The position numbers and the translations under genes were made by a program. From positions 1,309 through 65,308 of the IMG/VR virus record IMGVR_UViG_3300042391_001116: a stretch of 64,000 bases of DNA; one strand, given 5' to 3'. Within the stretch, counting starts at the first letter, position 1; each line of letters opens with the position of its first letter. The notes under the pieces are model-generated. The model worked only from the letters and a program-made list of their open reading frames with translations. It was not told the origin of the DNA and did not search any database. The DNA is from a virus. Its lineage: Duplodnaviria; Caudoviricetes. Shown piece after piece: positions 39,329 through 49,409 of this stretch.

Positions 39329-40140
39329 TAGCCAAACATTTTTTTCCAAGTGACAGGACCAACTGAACCATCAGCAGTCAAGCCATTTGCTGTCTGCCAT
39401 GCCTTAAGCGCAGCGACAGACTTAGGACCGAAATCGCCATCAGCCTTAGCACCAATGATTGATTGGACTAACATAGCTGGCGCACCTTTTGAGCCAAGCC
39501 CAACAGGAGATCCGGGGTAACCAAAATGCATAGGACCAGCCTCTACAGCCCCACCAGAAGGCTTCAGAGCCTCTGCTGGCGCTTGTACAGAGCCATCTGG
39601 AGAAGCGTCGCCTAGACAGTACTGCCAGTGCCATGCTTCAAATTCTTTAGAAGAGGAATCTGATCCCTGAAGGTAGAAGCCATACTTGGGAGCATTAGCA
39701 CACATCCACTCAAAGCACTTCCCACCCATTGAAGTAAGTTTTCCATTAACATCGTAACCAAGATCAATAGCAAGACCCCAGCCATGATTAGAACCCTTAA
39801 GACCAGTTGGATCGGGGGCAGCTGAAGGAGCTTTACCCTTCTTCAACCACCAAGTCTTACCTTCATACTTACGAGTAACACCCGTTCCAGTATCAGTAGT
39901 AACATAGCGATCCATAAACATTGAAAGTTGACCTTCAAAAGATCTGTAATCTCCAACGTTCTTTAACTTAAAACCCGCAGCCAAAGCTGCATCGTACATC
40001 TTATTAAATTGTGCAGCGACAGGCGCATACATCTGTCCACCAGTCTTAACTTTCGCTAAAACAGTAGGGGCTAACTGTCCATTCTTATATTGCTTAAGAG
40101 CAGTTGGAACAACTAGCTTTATGTAAGGGTATTGACTCAT
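39328..40140 (-). CDS. endolysin: M15 Zn-peptidase + peptidoglycan-binding domain
   Basis: YRSFEGQ, SNHGWGLAID, EAWHW; ADGDFGPKSVAALKAWQ..GLTADGSVGPVTW. Confidence 0.9.
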   Translation of the reverse strand: MSQYPYIKLVVPTALKQYKNGQLAPTVLAKVKTGGQMYAPVAAQFNKMYDAALAAGFKLKNVGDYRSFEGQLSMFMDRYVTTDTGTGVTRKYEGKTWWLKKGKAPSAAPDPTGLKGSNHGWGLAIDLGYDVNGKLTSMGGKCFEWMCANAPKYGFYLQGSDSSSKEFEAWHWQYCLGDASPDGSVQAPAEALKPSGGAVEAGPMHFGYPGSPVGLGSKGAPAMLVQSIIGAKADGDFGPKSVAALKAWQTANGLTADGSVGPVTWKKMFG

Positions 40141-40200
40141 ATTTTATCGTTCTCCTATTTATAAATTATACCTTGTTTATTGATATCAAACCAAATTTTA

Positions 40201-40437
40201 TTACTTTTTGACCTCGACTCCAGTAAAAGCTTCATTAATTTCTTCAATAGTCAATTGGCCATCAAGAGAAGCCCTTGCTAGTTTAATAAATACTTCAGAA
40301 CAGGCTGTGAACCCAGCAAGAAGAGCTGCCTTCCATACGGGGATCTCCCCTAGCATAGAAGCACCACCAATGATTGGCAAAGATGAAACAATAAATACTG
40401 CTCCTATTCTTTGGGCGATAGTTTGAATTTTATTCAT
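40201..40437 (-). CDS. holin-like membrane protein
   Basis: Two hydrophobic segments; directly upstream of the endolysin. Confidence 0.6.
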   Translation of the reverse strand: MNKIQTIAQRIGAVFIVSSLPIIGGASMLGEIPVWKAALLAGFTACSEVFIKLARASLDGQLTIEEINEAFTGVEVKK

Positions 40438-40438
40438 A

Positions 40439-40618
40439 TTACTTTTCCTCCTTCTTTACAAGAACACCGAATAGATGAACTGATAGCGCAATAACGCTAA
40501 TGTAAATTCCATATTTTTTAACATCACCAGAAAGAGTGATGAGGACTAGTGCTGTTCCAGCAATTGTCCAAGCCAAAGAATGGCTTTCACTAACTAATTT
40601 TTTAATAATATTTTTCAC
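40439..40618 (-). CDS. small two-TM membrane protein (59 aa)
   Basis: Manual: MKNIIKKLVSESHSLAWTIAGTALVLITLSGDVKKYGIYISVIALSVHLFGVLVKKEEK; GTG overlaps the upstream stop. Confidence 0.65.
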   Translation of the reverse strand: MKNIIKKLVSESHSLAWTIAGTALVLITLSGDVKKYGIYISVIALSVHLFGVLVKKEEK

Positions 40619-42138
40619 TTTACTCTCCTTCCATTGCTGGATTCAGCCTTAGCAGACTGAGGTAATGGCATAGCTGACGCTAATACTGCGCCAACTGCAA
40701 CAACAACTCTTCTTTCGGCTACAGATATCTCTGAACCGATTGGGGCATAATTGTCAAAAGCCCCATCAAAAACATTTATTTCTGCCTCAAAAGAAGATCT
40801 AACTTCTTCTGGGGCACCTTGGACAGCATCAACAATTTCTTGACCCTGCTCATCAGTCAAATCACCGACAGTAACTTCAGCAAAAACTTCTGATGCCTGA
40901 TCGCCTGTGATAGAGCTTAGGACTTCAGCACTTGTTGAAATGCTCAACGCTTGAGTTTCATCAATGCCGTTTTCAATAATTGAGTCAACTGCTTCTTGGA
41001 CTTGATCGTCTGTAACTGTATCGCTACCCAATACATCAATAAGGCTATTGAAGGCTTCTTCGGATAATGGGTTATCTAAAATTGCACCAATGACAGATAT
41101 AAATTCTTCATCCGATAATTCCTCATCAAAGACCTGATCTACTAATTCAGCAAACCCATCATCTGATAATGGCTGGTCAAATATTGATTCAATAACAGCA
41201 TCAAACTGTTCTTGGCTAAGATCTGAGTCAAGCAAGTCAGACGCTATATTCAGCAACTCTTCTTCTGACTCGGCATTACCTAGAGCCTCATCTACTACAG
41301 AAGCAATTTCTTCTGCTGTTAGGTTCTCATCAGTAATGTCATTTACTAGATCTTGGTTGTCTGTTGGTTCATCAACAATTGTATCCACAGGGATATCCAC
41401 AGGTTCATCTACAGGTATTTCAATGGTTGTTTCAGGGGTTGTTATTTCTTCTTCTGGTACAAGAACTTCTTCTGGTTCAGTAATTACTGTAAAAGTGGTC
41501 TCAGGCAATTCTACGGTGGTCTCAGGCTCAATAAATAAGGCTTCCGTAGTTGATGTCGTTGGTGTTTCCGTAGTTGTTGAAGTAGTAGTTTCTATTTCTG
41601 GCTCAGTGGTCTGTACGGTAGTACTGCTGGATGTTGTAGTGTCAGGAATAGTAGTAGAGGGAGTAGTGCTAGTAGTGCTAGTGGTAGCAACGTCAGTAGT
41701 AGTAGTTTCTTCAATTGGACCTCCTGTTATTGTAGTTGTATTACTTTGTAACCCATTGAATGACAATTCGTAACGAATATTCCATTGAATACCATCACGC
41801 CAAGCATTAGGGTCACCACAGCAAGTAGCAGCCCTTAAACGATAATTACCAGCAGGTAATTGTAAATCAATTTTAGACTGAAGTCCAAGATAATCGTCAT
41901 TTGAAGCAATCTCTTGACCAGTGTCGGCGTTATACAACCAGAGTTGAGGATCTGACGGAAGTATATCAGATTGATATGTTTGTGCCAAAAATTGAGTTGG
42001 CTCTAGATACGAAAAAAAGAAATCTGTTGGCTGAGTAATAACTTCTCGCCCAGAAGCCCCTGCCTGTGTTGGCAGGAAGGACATGACAGCCAAAGTTGTT
42101 GGCAGGAATCTTAAAATTTTTCTAGTTAAATTAAACAT
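40615..42138 (-). CDS. secreted, C-terminally anchored protein: PPC-like domain, Thr/Pro linker, acidic helical repeats
   Basis: Signal-peptide-like N-terminus, DPQLWLY...SNDD, TTTT tracts, C-terminal VVVAVGAVLA. Confidence 0.7.
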   Translation of the reverse strand: MFNLTRKILRFLPTTLAVMSFLPTQAGASGREVITQPTDFFFSYLEPTQFLAQTYQSDILPSDPQLWLYNADTGQEIASNDDYLGLQSKIDLQLPAGNYRLRAATCCGDPNAWRDGIQWNIRYELSFNGLQSNTTTITGGPIEETTTTDVATTSTTSTTPSTTIPDTTTSSSTTVQTTEPEIETTTSTTTETPTTSTTEALFIEPETTVELPETTFTVITEPEEVLVPEEEITTPETTIEIPVDEPVDIPVDTIVDEPTDNQDLVNDITDENLTAEEIASVVDEALGNAESEEELLNIASDLLDSDLSQEQFDAVIESIFDQPLSDDGFAELVDQVFDEELSDEEFISVIGAILDNPLSEEAFNSLIDVLGSDTVTDDQVQEAVDSIIENGIDETQALSISTSAEVLSSITGDQASEVFAEVTVGDLTDEQGQEIVDAVQGAPEEVRSSFEAEINVFDGAFDNYAPIGSEISVAERRVVVAVGAVLASAMPLPQSAKAESSNGRRVK

Positions 42139-42200
42139 CTAATCAACTCCTTATCTATTATAGATTAGAGTTGATTATTTATATAGTTTAAAAGTTAATC

Positions 42201-42944
42201 TTAAAAGTCATCAACATAAGCAGTATCATCATGTGAGTGACTTAATTCATCTTCATTATTATGAAGATGCTCATCAAATTTATTATTAAAAGCATCTTGT
42301 ATATCAACACTAGGACTTTCATCATTAGTCACCATATTGACCATGAAAGTACTAATTATCCATTTATCATCAGAAAGAGCTGGGCGACCAACATGCGGGT
42401 GCGTGAATGTTGCTGGGAATAAAACAATTCGCCCAGCAACAGGGTTAACAGCAGCTTTGTGTATTGGGAACTCTGTTTCCCCACCAACTTCAACGGTATT
42501 CAAATATACAACGCAACCCAATACCCGATTAGATGACCAATGAGCAGGTATGCTATCAACATGCTGACGGTAAAAGCCATGATATTGCGGATATTGCTGT
42601 AACTGAAATCCCGTATCATTAATTGATGCCAATTCGTGCAAATCCTGGAACTCTGCTTGATACCAAGCGACTGCTGAGGTTAAGCCTTCAACAATTTGCC
42701 GTTCAATAATTTCAAACTTGTCATTCCAATTGCCTTTACCTATTTTTTGAACAGATAGAGCACAATCTCGACTTGACTTCATGGCCTGATCCAATCCACC
42801 ACCTGTCTCACCATCCCAAGAAACATTGTCCCAGATTGGTCTTAATTCAGTGATTAAACGGTCACATACCGCAGGGTCAATCAAACCGTCATAAACGGCG
42901 ATCATATCTTTTTTCTCTGTCAAATACCGAATATCAACTTTCAT
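42201..42944 (-). CDS. 2OG-Fe(II) oxygenase, prolyl-4-hydroxylase-like
   Basis: FYRQHVDS, VYLN, GGETEF, HPHVG, KWIIST. Confidence 0.88.
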   Translation of the reverse strand: MKVDIRYLTEKKDMIAVYDGLIDPAVCDRLITELRPIWDNVSWDGETGGGLDQAMKSSRDCALSVQKIGKGNWNDKFEIIERQIVEGLTSAVAWYQAEFQDLHELASINDTGFQLQQYPQYHGFYRQHVDSIPAHWSSNRVLGCVVYLNTVEVGGETEFPIHKAAVNPVAGRIVLFPATFTHPHVGRPALSDDKWIISTFMVNMVTNDESPSVDIQDAFNNKFDEHLHNNEDELSHSHDDTAYVDDF

Positions 42945-43579
42945 ATTTCACCTGTCTCGTAGTCTATAGAATAATTTATTAACTTTTCCAACCATTCCTG
43001 GGCTTCAGTAGTCAGTGGTGGTATTGTATCAGTTGTTCTAGCTGCAGCATCAGTGTTACCTGACAAAAATCGCCCTAATCTACCAAAAGGTACTTCATTA
43101 ATAACCCAATCGTACACTACGGATGGCATATCCATTACAGATAACATACCATAACAAACTCTAGCGGTTGCTTCTCTTGATCCCAAATCATACGCCCAAG
43201 CCCATTCAACTAAATATCTCAATAACTCCTGATATGTACGTAAATTATGTGGTTCTCGTAATAATTTATCTTCTTGTTCAGGTGTGTTTAATTCAATATG
43301 CCTTACAAACCCATATGGAACGGCAGCAATAACTGGATAGGATGAATAAATCATGTCAACAGTTACATAATGATCATTTGTAATTACGTCTAACGGCTCT
43401 GTCTTCCCGCAATCACATTTGTTTTCAGATTCAATCCAAAGGTGATTGCCAACAGGGCCCATTCTATTAGTATCGCAACGACCAGTTTTTCCTAGAACTA
43501 TTTCAGCTCTACATACACCGAAAATACCTGTATCATCAGATACACCGATCTCTTTATGAAATGTATTAAAGTTGGTCAT
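42941..43579 (-). CDS. unknown family, paralog B
   Basis: RCDTNRMGPVGNHLW...CDCG, RTYQELL..EW, DMP. Confidence 0.75.
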   Translation of the reverse strand: MTNFNTFHKEIGVSDDTGIFGVCRAEIVLGKTGRCDTNRMGPVGNHLWIESENKCDCGKTEPLDVITNDHYVTVDMIYSSYPVIAAVPYGFVRHIELNTPEQEDKLLREPHNLRTYQELLRYLVEWAWAYDLGSREATARVCYGMLSVMDMPSVVYDWVINEVPFGRLGRFLSGNTDAAARTTDTIPPLTTEAQEWLEKLINYSIDYETGEI

Positions 43580-44274
43580 TTATATTCACCAATTGAGCGA
43601 CACAAAGCAATTTTTTCATACATCCATTCGCTCAAAAAATCAGGAATATCAGGGATAGGTTCTGTTGGTCTTACTCTCGCATCAGTAAACCCCATCAAAA
43701 ATCTGCCAACCTTCTCTGCTGGCATTTCATTCATTAACCATTCAACACACTGAGTTGGCATATCCCACACAGAAACAATGCCATGGCACACTTCAGCAAC
43801 ATGTTCTCGATTGCCTAATTCAACATACGCAAAATCCCATTCCAAAATTAGCTTTAACAATTCCTGCAAAGTTCTAGCATGTTCAGTATGAAAGTCCTCA
43901 ATTGTTGACACTTCATCAGCCAAATCTTCAAGTTCCATATACATTAAAATACTGTACGGTAAAAACTCCATAACGGGAAATAGTGCTGTTATATTATCAA
44001 ATCTAACGTGATGATGACCAGTCAACAAGTATGGTTGTTCAGTCCTACCACAAGTACAAATTTTTAATTCTTCATTCCATTCATGGAAACCTGTTGGGCC
44101 AATTGCTGTCTTGCGATCACATCTTTCAGCCTCTGCTACTTTTCTGCCTTCAAATTTTCCTTTAGCGTTGACAAGCTGCGTAAAACTAAATACGCCTTTA
44201 TTGTCGTTAACACCGGGCTTACGATAAAAAAAACCTGGCGCTCCATACCGATTAATTGCGTCTTGTAATTTCAT
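43576..44274 (-). CDS. unknown family, paralog C
   Basis: RCDRKTAIGPTGFHEW...CTCG, HARTLQELL..EW, DMP. Confidence 0.75.
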   Translation of the reverse strand: MKLQDAINRYGAPGFFYRKPGVNDNKGVFSFTQLVNAKGKFEGRKVAEAERCDRKTAIGPTGFHEWNEELKICTCGRTEQPYLLTGHHHVRFDNITALFPVMEFLPYSILMYMELEDLADEVSTIEDFHTEHARTLQELLKLILEWDFAYVELGNREHVAEVCHGIVSVWDMPTQCVEWLMNEMPAEKVGRFLMGFTDARVRPTEPIPDIPDFLSEWMYEKIALCRSIGEYK

Positions 44275-44281
44275 TTTATCC

Positions 44282-45274
44282 TCATGTTTTAATTATATAC
44301 ACAACATATGTGCCTGTAAACGTATGCAAGTGTGCTGTGTCAGCGTTCGTAGTAGCAACAGTGGCAGCCGTATGAGTATGCGTCATTGAATGGCTGTGAC
44401 TCACACTCATTCCATTCGTAGTCGAAGCATTTGTAGTGTGGAAATGGTTTGCGCTAATACCACCAGTTGTGAAGCCATGAGCGTGGTTTGCGTTTATATT
44501 CCCTGTGTTTGAGTTTGCACCAGAGTTAGGCTTAAAATATGAGTGTGAGTGGTTTGCCGATTCAGTACCCGTGTTACCACTATGCGTATGGTCAGCAGAT
44601 ACGTTGCCTGTGTTCACCGCAACTTGTCCATGCGTATGGTCAGCTGACTGGTTGCCAGTATTTGCCGTTATTGACGTGCTGTTTAGCGTGTGTGTATGCC
44701 CCGTTGAGGAAGTATTAGCACTACTAACGGTCTGAGTCTGTCTAGTGCCAGTTCCAGGACTTGCGTTCAATGTTGTTGTAGAAAACGGCAACAATCCACT
44801 TGCAAAGTTTGGCAAAGTAAAAGTAGTTGAACCGTCACCTGCCCCGTAACGATCGCCAATTACAGCGTATAAAGCAGCATAAGTTGTGCGTGAAACAGTT
44901 GTGCCATCACAAGTCAAAAACCCTGATGGCGGAGAATCAGACGAACCGCCCCAAGCGGTAATTGAGCCAGTAGGAACAAGCCTATTATAAGATGCATCAA
45001 CAGAAACTGTTGCAGTTGACCCCTCAGCAGGAGTGTGAGATACAGATATTCCAGTTCCAGCAGCAACATTAGAAACATAATTACCCGTAGTATCAGTACC
45101 AAGAGTAATAGCACCACCATCAGCAGTAGCAAAAAAATCTACAGTAGAAGTACCAGTTTTAAAATATAGTTTTCCATCAGCATAATTTAAAGCAAGTTCG
45201 CCATATTCCAAAGAAGCAGCTGCAGGGACATTAGCAGACGTACCACTATTTTTAATTTTTATGGTATTAGCCAT
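44282..45274 (-). CDS. tail fibre with collar domain and HxH needle repeats
   Basis: PTGSITAWGG...FLTCDGTTVSRTTYAALYAVIG...TFTLPNF; nine HxH motifs. Confidence 0.85.
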   Translation of the reverse strand: MANTIKIKNSGTSANVPAAASLEYGELALNYADGKLYFKTGTSTVDFFATADGGAITLGTDTTGNYVSNVAAGTGISVSHTPAEGSTATVSVDASYNRLVPTGSITAWGGSSDSPPSGFLTCDGTTVSRTTYAALYAVIGDRYGAGDGSTTFTLPNFASGLLPFSTTTLNASPGTGTRQTQTVSSANTSSTGHTHTLNSTSITANTGNQSADHTHGQVAVNTGNVSADHTHSGNTGTESANHSHSYFKPNSGANSNTGNINANHAHGFTTGGISANHFHTTNASTTNGMSVSHSHSMTHTHTAATVATTNADTAHLHTFTGTYVVYIIKT

Positions 45275-45283
45275 TTAAACCTC

Positions 45284-47011
45284 TTAGAAAGTTCCACCAT
45301 CAACCGTAGTCGTATCAAGGGTGATACCACTAATACTACCACCAGTGATAGTCACATTGTTTGAATTTTGAGTAGAAATTGTTCCAAGGCCTAAAGTTGT
45401 TCTAGCAGTAGCAGCATCAGAGTCATCAAGTAAAGTTCTCATGAACGATGACAGAGTAGTTACAGAAGCAGTACCAGAGCCAGTGAAATAAGGTAGAGCA
45501 TCAGCAGCACTAGTTAGACCAGCGAGAGCAGTAAGTTCAGCATCATAAGCCTGAACATCTGTGCCGATTACTAAACCAAGAGCACTACGAGCTCCAGCAG
45601 CATCAGTTGCGCCAGTACCACCCTTGTTCAAAGCAATAGCGGTTGCGCTCCATGTACCAGTAGTCACAGTGCCAAGCGATGTTAGGCTAGAGTTAATAAC
45701 TCCTGTGCCAAGGGTTGTTGCGTCAAGAATTGTTGTACCAGCAATTTGGTAAGACTTACTAGTAACAAGGTTTAGACTTTCTGAAGAAGTCCAGCAACCA
45801 GTAGCATTCACCCAGTTAAATGTTTTGTCTGTCGCTCCCTTAAGAGTAATACCACCACCATCAGCGGTTGTATTTGTTGGAGTTGCAACTGAACCAAGTT
45901 CAATATTTTTATCGTCAACAGTAATAGTTGTGCTGCTAATAGTTGTAGTTGTTCCATTAACAGTTAAGTCACCAGTAATTGTAGCACTACCACCAATAGA
46001 CAAATTACTTGTAATAGTAACATCACTAGGTAAGCCAATAGTTACAGAACCAGTAGAACCACTAACTTCAACTTCATTAGTTGTACCAGTTAATCCAGTA
46101 ACACCAGCATTTGTTACTGTAAAAGTACCGCCCTCAACACCAGTATTAGATAAAGTAATTCCAGTACCAGCAGAAATAGAACCAACATAATCACCAGTAG
46201 TATCCGTTCCTAGAGCAACAGAGTTAGCAGCAACAGTTGCAGTAAGAGTTGCACTACCAAGATTAGTAATGGTAACATTACCAGTTAAATCTCCGCCCAA
46301 AGTGATAGTGAAGTCAGCAACATCAAGATTTAACTTAGCATTAGCATCATCATAAGTAGCACCAATACCACTATGAGTACCATTAGTAAACAAAGCAGCA
46401 GCAGCATCTTGAGCTGCCTCATCAAAATCAGATACACCAGTAGAAGCAATACTGATAGCGCTATTGGAAGCAGCAGTTACACGACCATAAGCATCGACTG
46501 TAAAAGAAGCACTATGCGTTGCATTTCCGTGTGACCCAGCAGATACGCCAGTGGTTGTCAAAGAAAGATCCACAGCGCCATCGCCAGCGTCATCGTAAGC
46601 AGCAGAAATACCAGTATGAGAACCGTTAGTTACGAGTTGAGCGCCAACAATATCTTGGATAGTTTCACTGCTGATAGTAATACCAGATACGGCGCTATCT
46701 ACATAAGCAGTAGTAGCAACAGCGTTAGAGTTATTGTTAGCAGTTTTTGTTGTAGCAGTAGCATTTGATCCAAGACTTACAAGACCAGAAAAAGTCTTAT
46801 TACCAGAAATAGTCTGGACACCAGAAAGAGTGATAAAAGCGCCATCTCCGCCAATAGAAATAACAGTATTAGCATTACCGCTAACATCCGTTCCAAATCC
46901 ATAATAAAGAACGCTATCTACTTCATTAAACGCCAGTTCAGCATTTTTTAATGAAGAAGGTGCACCAGCAACTCCTGTAGCCCTTCTTTTGATTCTAATT
47001 GTATTAGCCAT
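45284..47011 (-). CDS. long tail fibre protein
   Basis: ELAFNEVD N-terminal module; G/T/S/A-rich repeats. Confidence 0.75.
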   Translation of the reverse strand: MANTIRIKRRATGVAGAPSSLKNAELAFNEVDSVLYYGFGTDVSGNANTVISIGGDGAFITLSGVQTISGNKTFSGLVSLGSNATATTKTANNNSNAVATTAYVDSAVSGITISSETIQDIVGAQLVTNGSHTGISAAYDDAGDGAVDLSLTTTGVSAGSHGNATHSASFTVDAYGRVTAASNSAISIASTGVSDFDEAAQDAAAALFTNGTHSGIGATYDDANAKLNLDVADFTITLGGDLTGNVTITNLGSATLTATVAANSVALGTDTTGDYVGSISAGTGITLSNTGVEGGTFTVTNAGVTGLTGTTNEVEVSGSTGSVTIGLPSDVTITSNLSIGGSATITGDLTVNGTTTTISSTTITVDDKNIELGSVATPTNTTADGGGITLKGATDKTFNWVNATGCWTSSESLNLVTSKSYQIAGTTILDATTLGTGVINSSLTSLGTVTTGTWSATAIALNKGGTGATDAAGARSALGLVIGTDVQAYDAELTALAGLTSAADALPYFTGSGTASVTTLSSFMRTLLDDSDAATARTTLGLGTISTQNSNNVTITGGSISGITLDTTTVDGGTF

Positions 47012-47301
47012 TAATAATTTCCTCCATTCATAGTCATCCCTGTAGATGGATGAATATGGTCTGACCTAGCAGCTAAAAGAGAACTTCCACTACTACCCAC
47101 ATTTGCTAACTCTAAGGGGATACTGTCAGAAAAACTTATAGTTGTTGGTACTGTAATTGTAGCAGAGCTTGTATTCAAAACCGTAATGTCACTAGTTTGA
47201 CTATTATTTGACATTAATTGCACAACAGTAACTTCATTAGAAGAAACAGTAACAATACTGGTATCTGTAGATAATAAGAGAGTTGTTAGATCACCCGGCA
47301 C
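47011..47301 (-). CDS. small tail-fibre-associated protein
   Basis: ARSDHIHP motif; coupled ORF. Confidence 0.6.
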   Translation of the reverse strand: MPGDLTTLLLSTDTSIVTVSSNEVTVVQLMSNNSQTSDITVLNTSSATITVPTTISFSDSIPLELANVGSSGSSLLAARSDHIHPSTGMTMNGGNY

Positions 47302-47629
47302 GCGTAACCTCTCCTTGGACTGATGCTTTTCCTGCTATTAAAGTAGTGACAATAGTATTATTAGTCTCTTGAAGATCGTAATAATACACACCACTTCTAA
47401 TATTGGAACTTACATTTGGCAGCAAAGAGAATTGCATAACCCCATTAGGACCATCTGTTATTTGTGTTGTGAAAGTAGCAACAACGGTGTCGGAAGTCTT
47501 AGTTTTCCGAACTTGACCTGTATAAGACCTAGTAGATATATTAATATTTGCATTAGCACTATTACGGAGTCTAACCTCATGCATATAGGTATCTCCTTGA
47601 TAGATAATAATATTTCTTTCAGCAGCCAT
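47291..47629 (-). CDS. BppU-N-like Ig-fold structural protein
   Basis: IIIYQGDTY...GVYYYDLQ. Confidence 0.65.
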   Translation of the reverse strand: MAAERNIIIYQGDTYMHEVRLRNSANANINISTRSYTGQVRKTKTSDTVVATFTTQITDGPNGVMQFSLLPNVSSNIRSGVYYYDLQETNNTIVTTLIAGKASVQGEVTRAG

Positions 47630-47674
47630 AATTACACCTCATTTAATAATACCCGAATTACAGCCTAGTAGCAA

Positions 47675-47947
47675 TTATAATTCTTGTTTAACCCATCTAC
47701 AAGTATCTTCATCCAGAGTATATTCACCCTCGGCGGGTTTAATTGGTATAAAAGCATCACGGCTTTCATCGTATGTGTATCCAATACCAGCATAGTTCTT
47801 ACGGAAGTTGCCGTTGTAACTTGTTTGCACCCAACGACCACCAAGAGTTTCTACAAACCAATCGTAGCCTTCATTAGGCATATTGTTGTCTCCGACAAGT
47901 ACACGGACAACAACATTGTTTTCATCTAATTCGGCAAAGTGACTCAT
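47675..47947 (-). CDS. conserved phage fibre-associated protein
   Basis: MSHFAELDENNVV...WVQTSYNGNFRKNYAGIGYTYD. Confidence 0.7.
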   Translation of the reverse strand: MSHFAELDENNVVVRVLVGDNNMPNEGYDWFVETLGGRWVQTSYNGNFRKNYAGIGYTYDESRDAFIPIKPAEGEYTLDEDTCRWVKQEL

Positions 47948-48399
47948 AGTAGATACCTCACAATAACTACGCCTGAACCGCCTGCGCCACCACCTGTTAC
48001 ACTCGTAATGTTTTGTCCACCGCCACCGCCACCAGTGTTTACTGTTCCAGCAATAGCGTCAGGGTTAGTGGAACCATTATAGTATCCACCGTTTCCTCCA
48101 CCAGTAGTACCACCAGTACCACCTGTACTGTATATAGGACTGCCTCCATCAGCGACTTGTCCGCCACCGCCACCTATGATGCCATACCCATCAAATTGGT
48201 CACTATTTCCACCAGCACCTGAACCTCCACCGCCTACAACAAGAATGTCCATACTCTTGCTACCAGTAACAACAAAGTTGCCCGAAGCATTAAAAGTATG
48301 GTAACGATAACCACCACTATCCGTAGTAGTACCACCAGTAGCAGAGAAAGCAACGGCACCTTTCATGCTCCCAATTAAGCCAGCAAGTGCACAAGTCAT
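47944..48399 (-). CDS. glycine-rich domain structural protein
   Basis: YRYHTF...LVVGGGGSG...GGAGGSGVVIVRY. Confidence 0.7.
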   Translation of the reverse strand: MTCALAGLIGSMKGAVAFSATGGTTTDSGGYRYHTFNASGNFVVTGSKSMDILVVGGGGSGAGGNSDQFDGYGIIGGGGGQVADGGSPIYSTGGTGGTTGGGNGGYYNGSTNPDAIAGTVNTGGGGGGQNITSVTGGGAGGSGVVIVRYLL

Positions 48400-49406
48400 T
48401 AGGTCAAGCCGTTCCCGCTAATAATCCATGTTGTTGAAGCAATCTTAACAGCAGTAGCCATACCAAATGGGGCAAGAGTTCTAGAACCTGTTGTTCCAGG
48501 ACCAGCAAGATACATAGTGTCAGATGTAATCGCAATAGTTACTGTTGCACCCGAACCAGCAACAAAAACAATAGTTGTACCAATAGGCATAGCAACATTA
48601 GAATTAGCAGGAATAGTTGCTGTACGAGTTGCAGTAGAATAAATGTGTTTTCCAGCATCAGAAGCAACAACTGCTATATTACTAGTCAAACTAGCATTTT
48701 GAGGCAGACCCATATAACCGACACCACTAGCAGCAGTTGTGGTTGTTCCATCAAGGGGGCTTCCAGTGAAATTTGTAGCAGTAACAGTTCCATTTACATC
48801 TAATGCTGTTCCGGGATCGTATTTGCCAATACCCACACGATGGTTAGTAGCATCAACTTTTAATGTTGTGGAACTTATCCCAGCCCCATCAACTCTTAGG
48901 TCTCCTTCTAATACAAGACCAGTTGAGGTGTCATATTGTAGGTTTACACTGCCTGCGGGATTGTTTGAACTATCTTTGTAAACGACCTGATACGCATCAC
49001 CAGCAACAGGACCTGTTGCGCCTGTAGGACCTGTTTTACCTGCTAGGTGGACACTAAAAGATGGGTCAAAGTCTGGTGTCCCAACAGTTACATCAGGGGT
49101 AACAGTCATGTAGTAAGAACCAGAAAATAAAGAAATAGCGTAACAAGTACCAAGTATGTAATTACTTGAATCCTCTTCCACCCGTACATAATCGCCAGAC
49201 GCAAATGCTCCAACACTACTGGTTTGGAAACTCCAATCACCAGATTCAGGGTCTTGTCCTGCGGTTCCTGGTGTGCCAATAACATAACCAAGACCTTGTG
49301 GTCCAGTATCGCCATTTGCGCCAGGTGCCCCATTCATACCAGGAAGGCCTTCTGGGCCTTGTGGACCTTCTGGACCTAAGAGGTTGGAAGTAAGATATTT
49401 AATCAT
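48399..49406 (-). CDS. collagen-like fibre protein
   Basis: (Gly-X-Y)n: GPEGPQGPEGLPGMNGAPGANGDTGPQG and GKTGPTGATGP. Confidence 0.75.
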   Translation of the reverse strand: MIKYLTSNLLGPEGPQGPEGLPGMNGAPGANGDTGPQGLGYVIGTPGTAGQDPESGDWSFQTSSVGAFASGDYVRVEEDSSNYILGTCYAISLFSGSYYMTVTPDVTVGTPDFDPSFSVHLAGKTGPTGATGPVAGDAYQVVYKDSSNNPAGSVNLQYDTSTGLVLEGDLRVDGAGISSTTLKVDATNHRVGIGKYDPGTALDVNGTVTATNFTGSPLDGTTTTAASGVGYMGLPQNASLTSNIAVVASDAGKHIYSTATRTATIPANSNVAMPIGTTIVFVAGSGATVTIAITSDTMYLAGPGTTGSRTLAPFGMATAVKIASTTWIISGNGLT

Positions 49407-49409
49407 TTA

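Noticed and set aside
42201-42944. TET/JBP-type 5mC oxidase working with Dcm and GTs for DNA hypermodification
   Set aside because: Motifs (HVD, VYLN, GGETEF, HxG, K-W) look prolyl-hydroxylase-like and the gene lies among fibre genes. Not excluded without an HMM search.
44282-47011. Diversity-generating retroelement acting on fibres
   Set aside because: No reverse transcriptase and no adenine-mismatched TR/VR pair seen; shared modules are protein-level and diverged.
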